A stretch of DNA of 64,000 nucleotides from an uncultured delta proteobacterium (GCA_963816395.1 CAWFKQ010000010.1:64001-128000), one strand, 5' to 3'; counted from the first letter of the stretch, positions 44,525-56,197 are shown. Program-made: numbers and translations. The notes: generated by a model from the sequence alone, not told the origin.

Positions 44525-46512
44525 TTATCGCAGCCCCTTCAGCAGGGCCACGTACTGGTGGTTCTGGTAAGGAACCTCGTTGTACAGGGTACGCAGAAAA
44601 GTGTGCAGCGGCCCCTCCATTGATCCGTACAGCTGATTCTTCAGTTCGAAGAAGGGGGCCTGTCCCCCGGCTTCGGCCGTCGAGGGGGGGAGGTGTCCTC
44701 GCCTCGGCCGATGGCGGTCAGCAGCCGTTCGGTTTTCTCTGCAGAACCCTGCGTAACCGAAATCACCCTGGCCATGGCCACCGTCCTGGCGAACAGGACA
44801 TCCTCCGGGGTTTCCCCCTCCGGAAAATGCTGAAGCAGGACGAAGGCGTTATCAAGCACCTCTGGAACGAGTGTCGGCACCATGGAAATCAGGGGAGCAA
44901 AAACGGGAGCGTCCCGGGAATCCCAGCCAACTGCACCTTTGGAGACCCGCAGGCGGGCGGCCAGCGGGCTTGAATATTGAAAATAATCCCGTACCCGGCC
45001 ATCGAGGGTGCATTGGAACGCCAGTTGTAAAATGCCCGGAAGATCGAGGGGGAAGATCTCGGTTGCCTGCAGCTGATAGGCGAAAGCCAGCGCGTCAGCC
45101 CGGTTGTCGGTGCTGAAGCGAGCGTGCTCGCGATAGAGCCCGGCGAGTTCCCTGGCGGCATACGCGGTGAGGAAGTAGGCATTGTCGGGGAGAATTTCGG
45201 GATTGCCCGGGGCATGGCGGGCAAACAGGTCACAGTACTGCTCCAGCGGACGGACTGCGGCGAAGATATCGGCGGCATGCTCCGGGGTGCGGTTGGCCTG
45301 GTAGTAACCGGAGAGGGTGATGGCCAGTTTGGCGGTGGTATCCCAGAGCTGGTGCATGGTCTGCAGATAGATCTTGCGATCCTCGAATCCTTCGGGCTGG
45401 CCGTCCTTCTTCTGTACGGCCGGAGCCGCCAGCTGGTCGAAATAGGCAATGGCTTTTTCCAGGTGATCGTTGGCGAGCGCCGGCAGGTTGTTGAAGAACT
45501 GCTTGGACACCAGCAGGTCGTTCCGGTCGCTGAAACGCCGGATAACATAGTTGAGAAATCCCATGTGTTCGGACAGGATTGCCGCTTTCCCCTTGCCTGT
45601 GTCGGCCCAGTTATAGGCCAGCAGATAATACTTGCGGGCCAGGTTGAATTTGGCCGCCAGATGAGCTTCATCCTTCTCGTCCTCGAAATCGTAGCGGCGG
45701 GAGGTCGCCTCGAGCAGGGCCACGGCATAGTTGAGATTGCTGTTATCGGAGTTGGCGCCGTGCATGCGCTCGACCACCTGGTCGACCATGGTCTTGTAGC
45801 CGTTCTCAATTTTCAGCTTGGGTTGGATATCGAGAATGATGGCGCTGAGGGGGTAAAGTTCCGGGATCTCCTGCTCGAGGATGGCCTTGCGGATGACCAG
45901 GTGGGCCAGGTTCTCGTAAAGATAGGGGAGGTTCCTGACGAATCCCACCTGCGCCGCCTCGGAAGGGAAGATGAGGGTCTCGAGTTCGAAGCGGAGGATG
46001 ACGTTCTGCCAGATGTGATAAGCCGCGGCAATGAAGGCATCGCGATTCCTTGCCAGGCAGGCCTGATGGGAGCGATAGACGTAATTCCAGAATTCAATCT
46101 CCGGCTGATCGGTTTTCTCCGCCAGGACCGATAGGGCCTCCTGGGCGTTTTGCAGGTGGATTTCCTGGTTGGTGGCCAGAAAGAGACAGAACTCGGCCAG
46201 GGACAGTCGATAATATTCCCGCCAGGGCAGTCCAGTGACGAAATCGGCGGGGCGGATCCGGACCGAGGGGGCGCGGCCGCCGGTGATCTCCTTGAGGAGC
46301 AGCGCCCGGTATTCCTCCAGGCTCTGCCCGAACTCCGCAGACTTGGTCTCCAGCAGCTTCTGCAGGTCCGCTCGGGGATACCAGCTGAACCGGTAGGTCA
46401 CCTCGAGAAGGCTGTCCCATTTTGGGGCCGGCGCCTCGGTGGCCTGCGCCCGGCAGCCGATCCCCAGGCAGAAGATAATCAGCAGGATCAGACGGCAGCT
46501 CATTTTCATCAT
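44525..46512 (-). CDS. Exported alpha-helical (TPR-like) hypothetical protein, ~660 aa (frameshift near 44680)
   Basis: Signal/lipobox-like N-terminus (LGIGCRAQA); helical, Tyr/Leu/Ala-rich; C-terminus continues as PFFELKNQLY...LKGLR* in another frame. Confidence 0.75.
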
Positions 46513-46513
46513 C

Positions 46514-47863
46514 TCATCTCCTTGCCTCACAGCATTCCACTGCCTGCCGCAGGGCAGCGCAGCGGTCCGGGAAGTTTTTCCGCTCGTAATTGTAGAAATC
46601 CAGTTGGATGGAATAGGCCGAATCCGGCTGGCGTATGTCGAACAACACACCGCCCGACCGGCAGACACTCGGCCGGCTGAGCAGGGTGGCCAGTCGGGTC
46701 TTGAGTTTGATTTCCGCGCCGGGATCGAGACAGGTCCGCAGGCGATTGAGGCTCACCAGGAAGGAACGGTCGAGGTCGGCCGGGGCTACTTCGTCGAGAA
46801 AATCGAAAGAGGTCCCGCTGATGGCCGGGCTATTCCCCTCCGGTGGTGCGGCCGGCTGCACGAGGTCCGCTGCGGCCGGCAGTGCCAACTCGGTGGCGGG
46901 TTGACTGCTGAAAACCGCGAGCGCCTGGCCGGCCTGCGGCAGGGGGGCCGGCGCCCGTCCGGCACGCCGGGGCTGCGGGCGGGGGGCCGGCGGCTGCAGG
47001 TCCTCCCTGGAGGGGCGGAAAGCAGCCAGATTTTCGCGGCGGACCGGGGGCGGCAGTGCCGGCGCGGCGCTGGGGGTTTGATATTTTCGTGGCGAAAGGC
47101 CGGTGTCCACCGCCTGCAGGCCGGCGTCGGCCGGAGCGCTCAGGGCCACTGGCGCCGCCGGCAATTCCGTCGGCAGCGCCGGCCTTTCCGCTAGCGGCCG
47201 CAGATGCGGCCGGCCGGCGGGAAGAGTATCGGCTGGATGGCTGCGGAAGAGCGGGGCCCGGGCCGATGGAATCCCGGCGGCCGCCTTCGGCCGCTTTCCC
47301 TGGTAAACGGGCATTATGGGCGCAACCGGCAGTTCGGCTGCCGGCTTCAGCGCCACTTCCGCTTTTTGCCCGGGAACAGAAGGCACGGGTGGCGCCGCTC
47401 GCCGCGGGAGAGACATCGGTGCCGGCTCGGGCGGTATTGTCTGTACCACTCGGGGGGCCGGCTTCACCACTGGCGGCGGCGGTTCCGGCCGGACCGGCTT
47501 CTTCGGCATCGCTGCCGCCTGGGGAGGCTCCGGCAGCGGTTTCACCACCGGCGGCGGCACCGGCGGGGGGAGCACCGCTGGCACTTCCTCCCGGAAGCGG
47601 ACGGCGATATCCACCGGCATCGGTTCCGGGCGGACGAACTGAGCCGCCAGGTGAAAATCGGCCAGGAAAATGCCGGCCAGGGCGAGGCCGGTCATCACCA
47701 CGCTGAAGGTGATCATCCGCCACGAAAGGTCATGAACCAGATGTCCGGCCAGGTCGGCGGCCGGATTTCCCGGCGGCAGAGGAGAAGGCTCGCCGGCGCC
47801 GGCGTTCCGGGGCATGGGCAGGCCGCATACCCCCCAGCCGTAAAGGTCTTCTCCGGCAATCAC
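46514..47863 (-). CDS. TonB/TolA-like energy transducer: N-terminal TM, long Pro-rich linker, Cys-containing C-terminal domain
   Basis: TM ITFSVVMTGLALAGIFL, ~270 aa Pro/Ala-rich region; follows exbB/exbD-like genes. Confidence 0.65.
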   Translation of the reverse strand: MIAGEDLYGWGVCGLPMPRNAGAGEPSPLPPGNPAADLAGHLVHDLSWRMITFSVVMTGLALAGIFLADFHLAAQFVRPEPMPVDIAVRFREEVPAVLPPPVPPPVVKPLPEPPQAAAMPKKPVRPEPPPPVVKPAPRVVQTIPPEPAPMSLPRRAAPPVPSVPGQKAEVALKPAAELPVAPIMPVYQGKRPKAAAGIPSARAPLFRSHPADTLPAGRPHLRPLAERPALPTELPAAPVALSAPADAGLQAVDTGLSPRKYQTPSAAPALPPPVRRENLAAFRPSREDLQPPAPRPQPRRAGRAPAPLPQAGQALAVFSSQPATELALPAAADLVQPAAPPEGNSPAISGTSFDFLDEVAPADLDRSFLVSLNRLRTCLDPGAEIKLKTRLATLLSRPSVCRSGGVLFDIRQPDSAYSIQLDFYNYERKNFPDRCAALRQAVECCEARR

Positions 47864-48315
47864 TCGGTCACTCCCCTGGGCATCGGTTTGACGATAGTTC
47901 GACTGTCCGGCAGCGACCAGACCTGGGCCAGGGCCGCCGCGGCAAAGAGAAAATCCTGGCTGAGGGAGGTTTTATCGGGCAAAAGTGCCGGCTGCACCTG
48001 CTGTTTCTTCAGCTCCTGCAGAGCCGGTATCAGGCTCTGCTCGTCGAGCGGCGTTCCATCCCTTTCACCGGCCCGCACCAGGCGGAAAGGGGAAGGGCGT
48101 TCGCCGGTGACCGGCAGGATCTGCAACTCCCAGCTCTGCTGCCGCTCCGCCAGCGGCTGCAGGCTCCTGCTGTCGGGCACCACCGGCAGATGCATTTCCG
48201 CAAGGTGCAGGGAGATATCCTGCGGCGCTCCCGGAATCATGCTCAAGCTGATCAGCAGCAGAAAGGAGAGATCGGTAAAGGCGAAAAGCCAGGTGTTTTT
48301 GGTGCGCCGCTTCAT
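47860..48315 (-). CDS. ExbD/TolR-like protein
   Basis: FAFTDLSFLLLI with the conserved TM Asp; short periplasmic domain. Confidence 0.7.
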   Translation of the reverse strand: MKRRTKNTWLFAFTDLSFLLLISLSMIPGAPQDISLHLAEMHLPVVPDSRSLQPLAERQQSWELQILPVTGERPSPFRLVRAGERDGTPLDEQSLIPALQELKKQQVQPALLPDKTSLSQDFLFAAAALAQVWSLPDSRTIVKPMPRGVTE

Positions 48316-48317
48316 AG

Positions 48318-48992
48318 TCAGGCCGCCTTTCTCTCCTGCACCATGCTCACCCGGTCGGCCACCGCCGCCAGCCCCTCGTCGATGCGCTTGCGGGCCAGCG
48401 CATAAAAGATCTTGAGTAGGAATTCCAGCGTCGTGTAGCAGACGAGTCCGACGAAAGTGGTGTAGAGGGCGGTGGCGATGCCGGCAACCGTCAGGTTGCT
48501 GTTCAGGGAACCGCTGTTGGAGAGGAAGTGCACCACCATGCCGATGATGGTGCCGATGAACCCGAGGGGAGGCATCAGATTGGCGGTCAGGGCGATCGGC
48601 TCGAGAAATTTCTCTTCGAAATAACGCTCGCTGTACTGGAAGGCGGCGTCCCGGATGAAGTCATCGGGAGGCATCGTCTTATGGGAGTGGAGATCGTTGC
48701 GCTTCTCGAGCAGATAATGTTTTTTCGTCTTGCAGAAAAAGGAGGCGGCGATGATCGCCAGGGGTGCCCGGGTTCCGACCTGGTCGAAAATCTGGGTGCC
48801 GTCGCCCAGCTGCCGGAAATCGAAGCGCGCCAGGGCGCGCAGGGCCTGCCAGCACCGGGCCAGGGCATAAAAGAAGATGATCCCGATGATCAGGTAAATC
48901 GAGATTTGCAGCAGGCCCGAGAAGGCGTTGATGAAGTGGGTCAGGGCGCCGATAATCGCTTCGGAAAACTGGTTGAAAACGTTTCTCTCCAT
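48318..48992 (-). CDS. MotA/TolQ/ExbB proton-channel family protein
   Basis: PPLGFIGTIIGM and GIATALYTTFVGL motifs. Confidence 0.88.
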   Translation of the reverse strand: MERNVFNQFSEAIIGALTHFINAFSGLLQISIYLIIGIIFFYALARCWQALRALARFDFRQLGDGTQIFDQVGTRAPLAIIAASFFCKTKKHYLLEKRNDLHSHKTMPPDDFIRDAAFQYSERYFEEKFLEPIALTANLMPPLGFIGTIIGMVVHFLSNSGSLNSNLTVAGIATALYTTFVGLVCYTTLEFLLKIFYALARKRIDEGLAAVADRVSMVQERKAA

Positions 48993-49000
48993 GGGATTCC

Positions 49001-49567
49001 TCAACTCAGGGGGACGGGGGGGCGCGGCGGCAGGGGGGCAAGAAGGGACGGGCTTTCACGGGAGAGCCTCTCTTTAAGTGCCCGCATGCCGTCTTCCAGG
49101 TTGCCGAAACCGATATCATTGCGGTCGATGGCCGCATTGAGGAAACCCGGGTTGTCGCCGTAGCGCCGGGTCATCTCGCCCAGCATCTGGCGGGCCTCCC
49201 GGTATTCCGCCAGTTCGAGATAAACAAGCGCGCACAGCAGTTGCAGCTTGCCGATTTCCAGCCGGGTTTCCAGGTTGTTGCCGGCTTCGAAATCATTGAC
49301 AATCGGCTCCACCTGCATCTCGATGTACCGTTCGACCTCCTCGGTGAGCTCGCGCCGGGCCACCGGCTTGCGGCGGCTGCCGAGATCTATGGCGGCAGTC
49401 TGGAAATTCTTCAGGGTCATTTTGGTGCCGTGTATGTATTCCTGCTTTTTAACGATGTTCATGGGAGTGACTACGGCCGGCCGGGGTGAGGGAGTAAAAG
49501 TGGCGGTGCAGCCGCCGACCAGGGGGAGCAGGACGCCGGCGGCGGCAAGTATCCGAACAATTCTCAT
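49001..49567 (-). CDS. Hypothetical lipoprotein with a TPR-like segment
   Basis: Lipobox LVGGC; LCALVYLELAEYREARQML. Confidence 0.75.
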   Translation of the reverse strand: MRIVRILAAAGVLLPLVGGCTATFTPSPRPAVVTPMNIVKKQEYIHGTKMTLKNFQTAAIDLGSRRKPVARRELTEEVERYIEMQVEPIVNDFEAGNNLETRLEIGKLQLLCALVYLELAEYREARQMLGEMTRRYGDNPGFLNAAIDRNDIGFGNLEDGMRALKERLSRESPSLLAPLPPRPPVPLS

Positions 49568-49881
49568 ACGTCGACTCCTGGTCTGAAATTCCGGCTCCGG
49601 TCTTCAGGAACGCGGCGGAAGAGATCGGTGGAATGGGGCCGGCTGCCGGTTAGAGGGGCCAAATAATATTTAATTATAAGAATATAATCGACGCTCTGAT
49701 AGAATCAAGTGCCTGCTGGAGGTTTTTCTCAGATTGTCCGTTGGGAGGTTCCGTTGGAATTGCAAGGGGTGGGAATGGCGGGAGGAGGGAAAGGTGTGAT
49801 GTCGGCGACCGTGGGTGAGGGCGAATGGCCGGTGCCGGCCGACAGGGTCCGGCACCCGCCGCGTTTCACGCCTGGGGGCGG

Positions 49882-51372
49882 TTATTTGTCCGTGCCCCGG
49901 TTCGCCGGTACCGCTCGCTTGAACGCCCAGGCCTCAATCTTCTTGATCTGCTCGGCCATGGTCACCGACAGCGGCACGGTGCGGCTGATCGCTTCCAGAA
50001 GGTCCTGCTGGATCATTTCCCGGTCCTGGGCCAGGGCCTCAAAAGCGGCGCTGGCCACCGCCTGCTCGATCTCGGCGCCGGAGAAGCCTTTGGCAGAATG
50101 GGCCAGCATGCCGGGGACGAATTTGTCCGCGGCGAAACCCCGCTTCTGCAGGTGGATGCCGAAGATCTGCTCCCTTTCGGCCAGTCCGGGCAGGGCGACG
50201 TAGAAGATTTCGTCAAAGCGCCCCTTGCGCAGCACCTCGGCCGGTAGCATTTCGATGGCATTAGCGGTGGCGGCGACGAAGACGGGATGGCGCCGTTCCT
50301 GCATCCAGGTGAGGAAATAACCAAGGACTCGCGACGCCGGTCCGCCTTCCGCCTTGAACCCCTGATTGGAGATCCCGGCCTCCATTTCGTCAATCCACAG
50401 CACGCAGGGGGCGAGCGCCTCCGCGGTCTTGCAGGCCTTGCGCAAAGAACTCTCCGGCGAACCGAAGGTCCCTTCGTACACCGTCGCCATGTCGAGTCGG
50501 ACCAGCGGCAGCCGCCAGCGGGCGGCGATCGCCTTGACGAACAGGCTCTTGCCGCAGCCGCTGATTCCCATCATCAGGACGCCGCGGGGGAGATTGCGCC
50601 CTTCGGCGAAATTCCCGGCGCCAAAGGCCTTCTCCCGTTTCTCCATCCAGCTCTTGAGGATTTCCATCCCCCCGACCTGCGCCGGCTGGATATCGTTCTC
50701 GACGAATTCCATGATCCCGCTTTTGCGCAGAATCTGCTTCTTGCTCTGGTGGAGGATGGCGACCACCTCCTTCAACCCCGCCCCCCTGGTCACCCGTGCC
50801 AGGCGCAGAGCGCGCTCGACATCGAGCAGATCAAGTCCCTGGGCGGCGGCCGTCAGATGGACCATACTCCTGTCGTCCGGCAGCAGGTCGCGCAGGGAGA
50901 CATCCTTATCCTGCTTGGCTTCGAGCCAGGCCCGAATTTCCAGCCGATTCGGCAGGCCGTGATCAAGCAGCAGGAAATTTTCACGCAGCGGCGGCGGAAT
51001 ATCAGCCTCGGCGCCGATGAAAACCAGGGTTTTCCCTGCCGGCCGGCGCACGGCGGCGAAATCTTTGAGGGTGCGCTGAATGAAAGGGTTGTCGCGCCAG
51101 AAAAATTGCATATCTTTGAAGATGAAGATGCCGGGTCCCTCCTGGGCCACCGCCCAGCGCAGCCCCGCCAGAGGGTCCTCAGTCCCTTCCTGGCCGGGAA
51201 AGCCGCCGACGCAGCTCCACTCGAGCGGCACCGGCATTCCTTTGATCCCGTGCAGCGCGGCCCGGGTGACGAGGTACTCGGTGCGGCTCTCGTTGTCGGT
51301 GGTGATGTAGATCAGGGGGGTGCCGGCAGCCACCAGCCGGCTGAAACTCACCTGGTTCAGTTCTTCCTGCAT
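49882..51372 (-). CDS. AAA+ ATPase, Ycf46-like
   Basis: [48 protein letters not shown]. Confidence 0.9.
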   Translation of the reverse strand: MQEELNQVSFSRLVAAGTPLIYITTDNESRTEYLVTRAALHGIKGMPVPLEWSCVGGFPGQEGTEDPLAGLRWAVAQEGPGIFIFKDMQFFWRDNPFIQRTLKDFAAVRRPAGKTLVFIGAEADIPPPLRENFLLLDHGLPNRLEIRAWLEAKQDKDVSLRDLLPDDRSMVHLTAAAQGLDLLDVERALRLARVTRGAGLKEVVAILHQSKKQILRKSGIMEFVENDIQPAQVGGMEILKSWMEKREKAFGAGNFAEGRNLPRGVLMMGISGCGKSLFVKAIAARWRLPLVRLDMATVYEGTFGSPESSLRKACKTAEALAPCVLWIDEMEAGISNQGFKAEGGPASRVLGYFLTWMQERRHPVFVAATANAIEMLPAEVLRKGRFDEIFYVALPGLAEREQIFGIHLQKRGFAADKFVPGMLAHSAKGFSGAEIEQAVASAAFEALAQDREMIQQDLLEAISRTVPLSVTMAEQIKKIEAWAFKRAVPANRGTDK

Positions 51373-51586
51373 GGCGATTCCTCGCAAGGGATGGCCGGCG
51401 GTGGATTCCGTCGGCAAATTCACATTAAACTCCCTGTGCCGGCAAATGTCCACCTTTTGCCGCCCTGTCAGGAGACGAGTTTCCTTGCATTTCGGACCGA
51501 AATACGCTAGTTTCCGTCCGGAAACGGTTCTTTTCCGTCATGGCGGCGAGTTGCGCCGCCCGCATCTGCCATCGAGGTTTTATCCC

Positions 51587-53299
51587 ATGCGCTATTCCGA
51601 ATACCTGCTCCCCACCCTCAAGGAAACCCCGGCCGATGCCGAGGTGATCAGCCACCAGCTGATGCTGCGCGCCGGCATGGTTCGCAAGGTCGCGGCCGGT
51701 ATCTACAATTACCTTCCCCTCGGCTTGCGCGCGGTCCGTAAGGTGGAGCGCATCATCCGCGAGGAGATGGACCGGGCGGGGGCGATAGAACTGTTGATGC
51801 CCATGGTGATACCGGCTGAGTTATGGCAGGAATCGGGACGCTGGGAGCAGTACGGCAAGGAGTTGCTGCGCTTTAAGGACCGCAAGGAGACCGAGTTTTG
51901 CCTCGGCCCGACGCACGAGGAAGTGGTGACCGATATTGTCCGCAGCACCGTCCGTTCCTATCGCCAGTTGCCCCTTAACCTCTACCAGATCCAGGGGAAA
52001 TTCCGCGACGAAATCCGCCCCCGTTTCGGCCTGATGCGGGGACGCGAGTTCATCATGAAAGACGCCTATTCCTTCGACCTCGACGAGGCCGGGGCGGATG
52101 TCGCCTACGAGAAGATGTATCAGGCCTACCGGCGCATTTTCGAGCGCTGCGGCCTGCAGTTTCGGGCCGTCGAGGCGGATACCGGCAATATCGGCGGCAC
52201 CTCCTCGCATGAATTCATGGTCCTTGCGGAATCGGGCGAAGACGCCATCGTCTCCTGCGACAACTGCCAGTATGCCGCCAACGTGGAAAAGGCGGAACTT
52301 CGCGGCCCCGGCGGTGCCGCGCCGGCGGCGGCCCAGCCCCTGCAGAAGGTCCTCACCCCGGCCCGCAAGAGTGTCGAGGACGTGGCTCTTTTTCTCGAAA
52401 CCACCCCGGACCGGCTGGTGAAGACCCTCATCGTGCAGACCGACAGCGGCGAAACCCTCGGCGTGCTGCTGCGCGGCGATCGGGAGCTCAACAGCGTCAA
52501 GCTGTGTCGCCTGCTCGGTGCCAACTGGGCGGAACTGGCGCCGGAAGAAGTTGTCATGCGGGTCACCGGAGCCCCGAGCGGTTTTGCCGGGCCGGTCGGG
52601 CTCGGCCTGCGTCTGCTGGCCGATCTCGAGGTGCGGGGGATGAGCGATTTCATTACCGGCGCCAATGAGAAGGATACCCACTTCACCGGCGTCAACCTGG
52701 AGCGGGATTTCCGCGTCGATACTTTTGCCGACCTGCGGCAGGCGGTGACCGGCGATCCCTGCCCGCGCTGCGAAGGTCGCCTGGAGATATGGCGGGGAAT
52801 CGAAGTCGGGCACGTCTTCAAGCTGGGGACCAAATATTCCGCCGCTCTCGGCGCCACCGTGCTCGACGACCAGGGAGAAGAACGGGTGCTGTTCATGGGC
52901 TGCTACGGGATCGGAGTCGGCCGCACGGTGGCGGCCGCCGTCGAGCAGAATCATGATGGAAACGGCATCATCTGGCCACTGCCGATCGCTCCCTTCCAGG
53001 TCATGGTGACCATGGTCAATCCCCGGGATGAAGCGGTGAGAACCGCCGCCGAGACGCTCTATGGGGAGCTGCAGGCACTGCAGGTGGAGGTCCTGCTTGA
53101 TGATCGCGACGAACGCCCTGGAAGCAAATTCAAGGATGCCGACCTGATCGGCGTTCCCCTGCGGGTGACGGTAGGTGCTCGCGCCCTGCAGGAGGGGAAA
53201 GTGGAACTGCAGGAGCGCCGCAGCGGTGAACGGACGCTGCTGCCGGTGGCCGGGGCGGCGGCGGCAATCGCCGGACAAGTCCGCGAAGCCCTCGCCTGA
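51587..53299 (+). CDS. proS: Proline--tRNA ligase
   Basis: [40 protein letters not shown]. Confidence 0.98.
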   Translation: MRYSEYLLPTLKETPADAEVISHQLMLRAGMVRKVAAGIYNYLPLGLRAVRKVERIIREEMDRAGAIELLMPMVIPAELWQESGRWEQYGKELLRFKDRKETEFCLGPTHEEVVTDIVRSTVRSYRQLPLNLYQIQGKFRDEIRPRFGLMRGREFIMKDAYSFDLDEAGADVAYEKMYQAYRRIFERCGLQFRAVEADTGNIGGTSSHEFMVLAESGEDAIVSCDNCQYAANVEKAELRGPGGAAPAAAQPLQKVLTPARKSVEDVALFLETTPDRLVKTLIVQTDSGETLGVLLRGDRELNSVKLCRLLGANWAELAPEEVVMRVTGAPSGFAGPVGLGLRLLADLEVRGMSDFITGANEKDTHFTGVNLERDFRVDTFADLRQAVTGDPCPRCEGRLEIWRGIEVGHVFKLGTKYSAALGATVLDDQGEERVLFMGCYGIGVGRTVAAAVEQNHDGNGIIWPLPIAPFQVMVTMVNPRDEAVRTAAETLYGELQALQVEVLLDDRDERPGSKFKDADLIGVPLRVTVGARALQEGKVELQERRSGERTLLPVAGAAAAIAGQVREALA

Positions 53300-53342
53300 G
53301 TGAGTATCTTGTTTTCGATTTTGTTTTTCCCTATTGATAGTT

Positions 53343-54573
53343 ATGAATTCAGCAATTGTCGATAACCAGGGGCGTTTGACTTTGCCGCCGCAGGCGGCCA
53401 GGGAACTCGGGTCGCGGCCGCTGGCTGTGGTCTCCCGTTCCGACCGCCACCTGCTGCTGGCCGCCACGGAGGAAGGGAGCGAGGTGACCCTGGCCGGGCG
53501 TCTCGGCGAACTGTCGATCGCCGATCTTCTCTCCTTTTTCAACATGTTCCGCAAGACGGGGGTTCTGCGCTTTGAACTCAGCGGTGGCAGCAAGGATCTC
53601 TATTTCCAGCAAGGGGAAATTGTCTTTGCCACGAGCACCTTTCCCGAGGAGGAGATCGGCGAGATTCTTCACGGCATGGGCAAGCTGAGCCGGGAAATCG
53701 TGCAGAAAATCCGACCTTTCATTACCGGCCGCATCAGCATGGACAAGTTGCTGGTGGAGCGGGGAGCGGTGACGGCCAAGGATCTCTGGCTGGCTACCCG
53801 GCAACAGGCGGAGGCGATCGTCTTTCACCTTTTCGCCTTTCAAGAGGGGAGTTTCTCCTTCCTGAACAAGGAAATAGTCAAGGAAGAGGTTCTGCGCCTT
53901 TCCATGAACACCCAGAACCTGATAATGGAGGGATTGCGGCGGGTTGATGAACGGGCGCTGTTCATGCGCCGTCTCGGTTCTCTGGACGCTATCCCGGTCG
54001 CCACCGGCAAAACTGCCGGAGGAATCGGTGGGGCGGAGCAGCGTCTGCTGGAGATCGTCTGCGAGGATCGTTATTCCCTTCGTGAGGCGGTGCGGCGCAG
54101 CGGTCTGGAGGAATTTGACGGTCTGCGCGTGCTTTATCAGTTGCTGGAGAAAGGGCTGATAAACATCGAGGAGGCTCCTGCCACAGCCGTGGGAGGAGTG
54201 CTGGGGGAAATTCTGACCGTCTTCAACGGCACCCTGACCATTCTCTTTCGGCGAATTAGCCGGCAGAAATCGGAATTTCCGGCAGGAAGTCCAGTTCTTC
54301 CTGCGAGACCTCCCCCAACCTTATTCCTATGTTTTTCGCGAAGTCCAGCTGCGGGATGACGGAACGGTCGGCGGCGAGCGGATCCTCGCCAACCTCGCGG
54401 GGCTGGAGGAGGGAGATAAAAAGAAGCTGCTGGCAGACGGTCTCAGCGAACTTATCTACATGGAATGCCATGTCGCCCGCAGGGAACTGGCCACCGCCGA
54501 ATCGACCGAGCTGATTCAGCGAGTCCAGGAAGTCTCCCGGCGGGTGAAGGCGCTCATCGGGAGGAATGAATGA
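53343..54573 (+). CDS. DUF4388 (PatA_N-like) domain protein (frameshift near 54270)
   Basis: LAGRLGELSIADLLSFF..RKTGVL..LYFQQGEIVFA; LIMEGLRRVDE. Confidence 0.8.
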
Positions 54574-55307
54574 AACAGAATGCCAGAGACCGCCTGATTT
54601 TTGCCCTCGACGTCGATTCGATGGCCGAGGCGGAGGGCTGGGTCCGGCGTCTGAATGGCCGGGTCGGGGTGTTCAAAGTCGGAAAGCAGCTTTTCACCCG
54701 CTGCGGCCCGGAGGTGGTGCGGATGATCCGCGAGGCGGGGGGGGAGGTCTTTCTCGATCTCAAGTATCATGACATTCCGAATACTGTCGCCATGGCCGGG
54801 GTGGAAGCCTGCCGCCTGGGCGTACGGATGTTCAATGTGCATGCCCTCGGGGGACGGGAGATGATGGCCGCCACCGTGACCGCCGTAGACCGGTTGTTCC
54901 CCCGCGGCAGTGCCGGACGCCCGCTACTGCTGGCGGTGACCATCCTCACCTCGGCTAACGCGGAAACCCTGCGGGAGATCGGCATCGACCGCCCGGTGAT
55001 CGAGATGGTGCCCCGGTTGGCCCGGTTGGCTCAGGAGGCCGGTATGGATGGGGTGGTGGCCTCGCCGCGGGAGGTGGAACTGATCCGTCAGGTCTGCGGT
55101 TCGGAGTTTGCCGTCGTCACCCCTGGGGTGCGCCCTGCCGATGCCGCGCTCGATGACCAGAAGCGGGTCATGACTCCGGGGGAAGCCATCGCCGGCGGAG
55201 CCGATTACCTGGTGATCGGTCGCCCCATATCGGCTGCTGCCGATCCGGAGGCCGCCGTCGCCCGGATTCTTGAAGAAATGACGGCTGCCTTGGCCACCCT
55301 CGCGTGA
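54570..55307 (+). CDS. pyrF: Orotidine-5'-phosphate decarboxylase
   Basis: IFALD, FKVG, FLDLKYHDIPNT, VTPGVRP, VIGRPI. Confidence 0.97.
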   Translation: MKQNARDRLIFALDVDSMAEAEGWVRRLNGRVGVFKVGKQLFTRCGPEVVRMIREAGGEVFLDLKYHDIPNTVAMAGVEACRLGVRMFNVHALGGREMMAATVTAVDRLFPRGSAGRPLLLAVTILTSANAETLREIGIDRPVIEMVPRLARLAQEAGMDGVVASPREVELIRQVCGSEFAVVTPGVRPADAALDDQKRVMTPGEAIAGGADYLVIGRPISAAADPEAAVARILEEMTAALATLA

Positions 55308-56047
55308 ACGACCTGATCTATGGTATCAATCCGGTGCGCGAAGCGCTGCGCGGGGAGCGGCGCCGGCCTCTCGAGCTTTTCCTGTTACGCGATTTTCGCT
55401 CCCGCCGCCTGGAGGAGCTGAGCCGGGAGGCGGCCGCGGTGGGGACGGCGGTGCGGCTGCGGGAACGCGATGATCTGGACCGCCTGGTAGGCCATCGCCA
55501 CCACCAGGGTGCCGTCCTGCGGGTCGCTCCCTTCGCTTTCGTCTCCTTGCCGGATGTTCTCGACAGCTGGCGCGCTTCCGGGCGACCGGCCCTTCTGCTG
55601 CTTCTCGACGGCATCACCGACCCGCATAACCTCGGTGCCATCCTGCGCAGTGCCGAGGCGGCTGGTTGCCAGGCGGTGATCGTTCCCAAGGATCGGTCCT
55701 GTCCCATCACTCCGGCGGTGGATAAGGCGGCCGCCGGCGCCCTTGCCCACCTTCCCCTTTGTCAGGTGACCAACCTCGCCCGCACTATCGAGGAGTTGAA
55801 GCAGGAGGGTGTCTGGATTCACGGCCTGGCCGGGGAAGCGGGCGCCGACTCCCTTTACCGGACCGATCTGAAGGGCGATCTGGCCCTGGTGGCCGGCAGC
55901 GAGGGGGCCGGTTTGCGGCCCAACGTTCGCCGTCACTGCGACCGTCTGCTGTCTATTCCCCTGCACGGCGAAATCTCCTCCCTGAATGCCTCGGTGGCCG
56001 CCGCGGTTGCCCTGTTCGAGGTGGTTCGCCAGCGCTCCGCTGCTTGA
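55304..56047 (+). CDS. rlmB: 23S rRNA Gm2251 methyltransferase RlmB
   Basis: YGINPVREAL, HQG, DPHNLGAILRSA, GSEGAG, SLNASVA. Confidence 0.94.
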   Translation: MNDLIYGINPVREALRGERRRPLELFLLRDFRSRRLEELSREAAAVGTAVRLRERDDLDRLVGHRHHQGAVLRVAPFAFVSLPDVLDSWRASGRPALLLLLDGITDPHNLGAILRSAEAAGCQAVIVPKDRSCPITPAVDKAAAGALAHLPLCQVTNLARTIEELKQEGVWIHGLAGEAGADSLYRTDLKGDLALVAGSEGAGLRPNVRRHCDRLLSIPLHGEISSLNASVAAAVALFEVVRQRSAA

Positions 56048-56085
56048 GCCGGCAGCTGGCAGGGCTTCCCCTGGGATAAAAAGCA

Positions 56086-56197
56086 TTGACAACCCGCGGG
56101 AAATCAATTAAAAATGTAAACTTTGCCAACGGGCTCTGGCAGGCTTTTACGGATCGGCAAATTTCCTCTTGCTTTTTGATTATTGCTGGTGTATAAA
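56086..56197 (+). promoter_or_regulatory. Tandem promoters of the tRNA-tuf operon
   Basis: TTGACA-N17-TAAAAA, and TTGCTT-N17-TATAAA followed by a GC-rich discriminator. Confidence 0.5.

Noticed and set aside
47860..48992. Zorya ZorAB or flagellar MotAB
   Set aside because: The ExbB-like protein has no long helical tail and its partner lacks an OmpA-like peptidoglycan-binding domain; no defence or flagellar genes nearby
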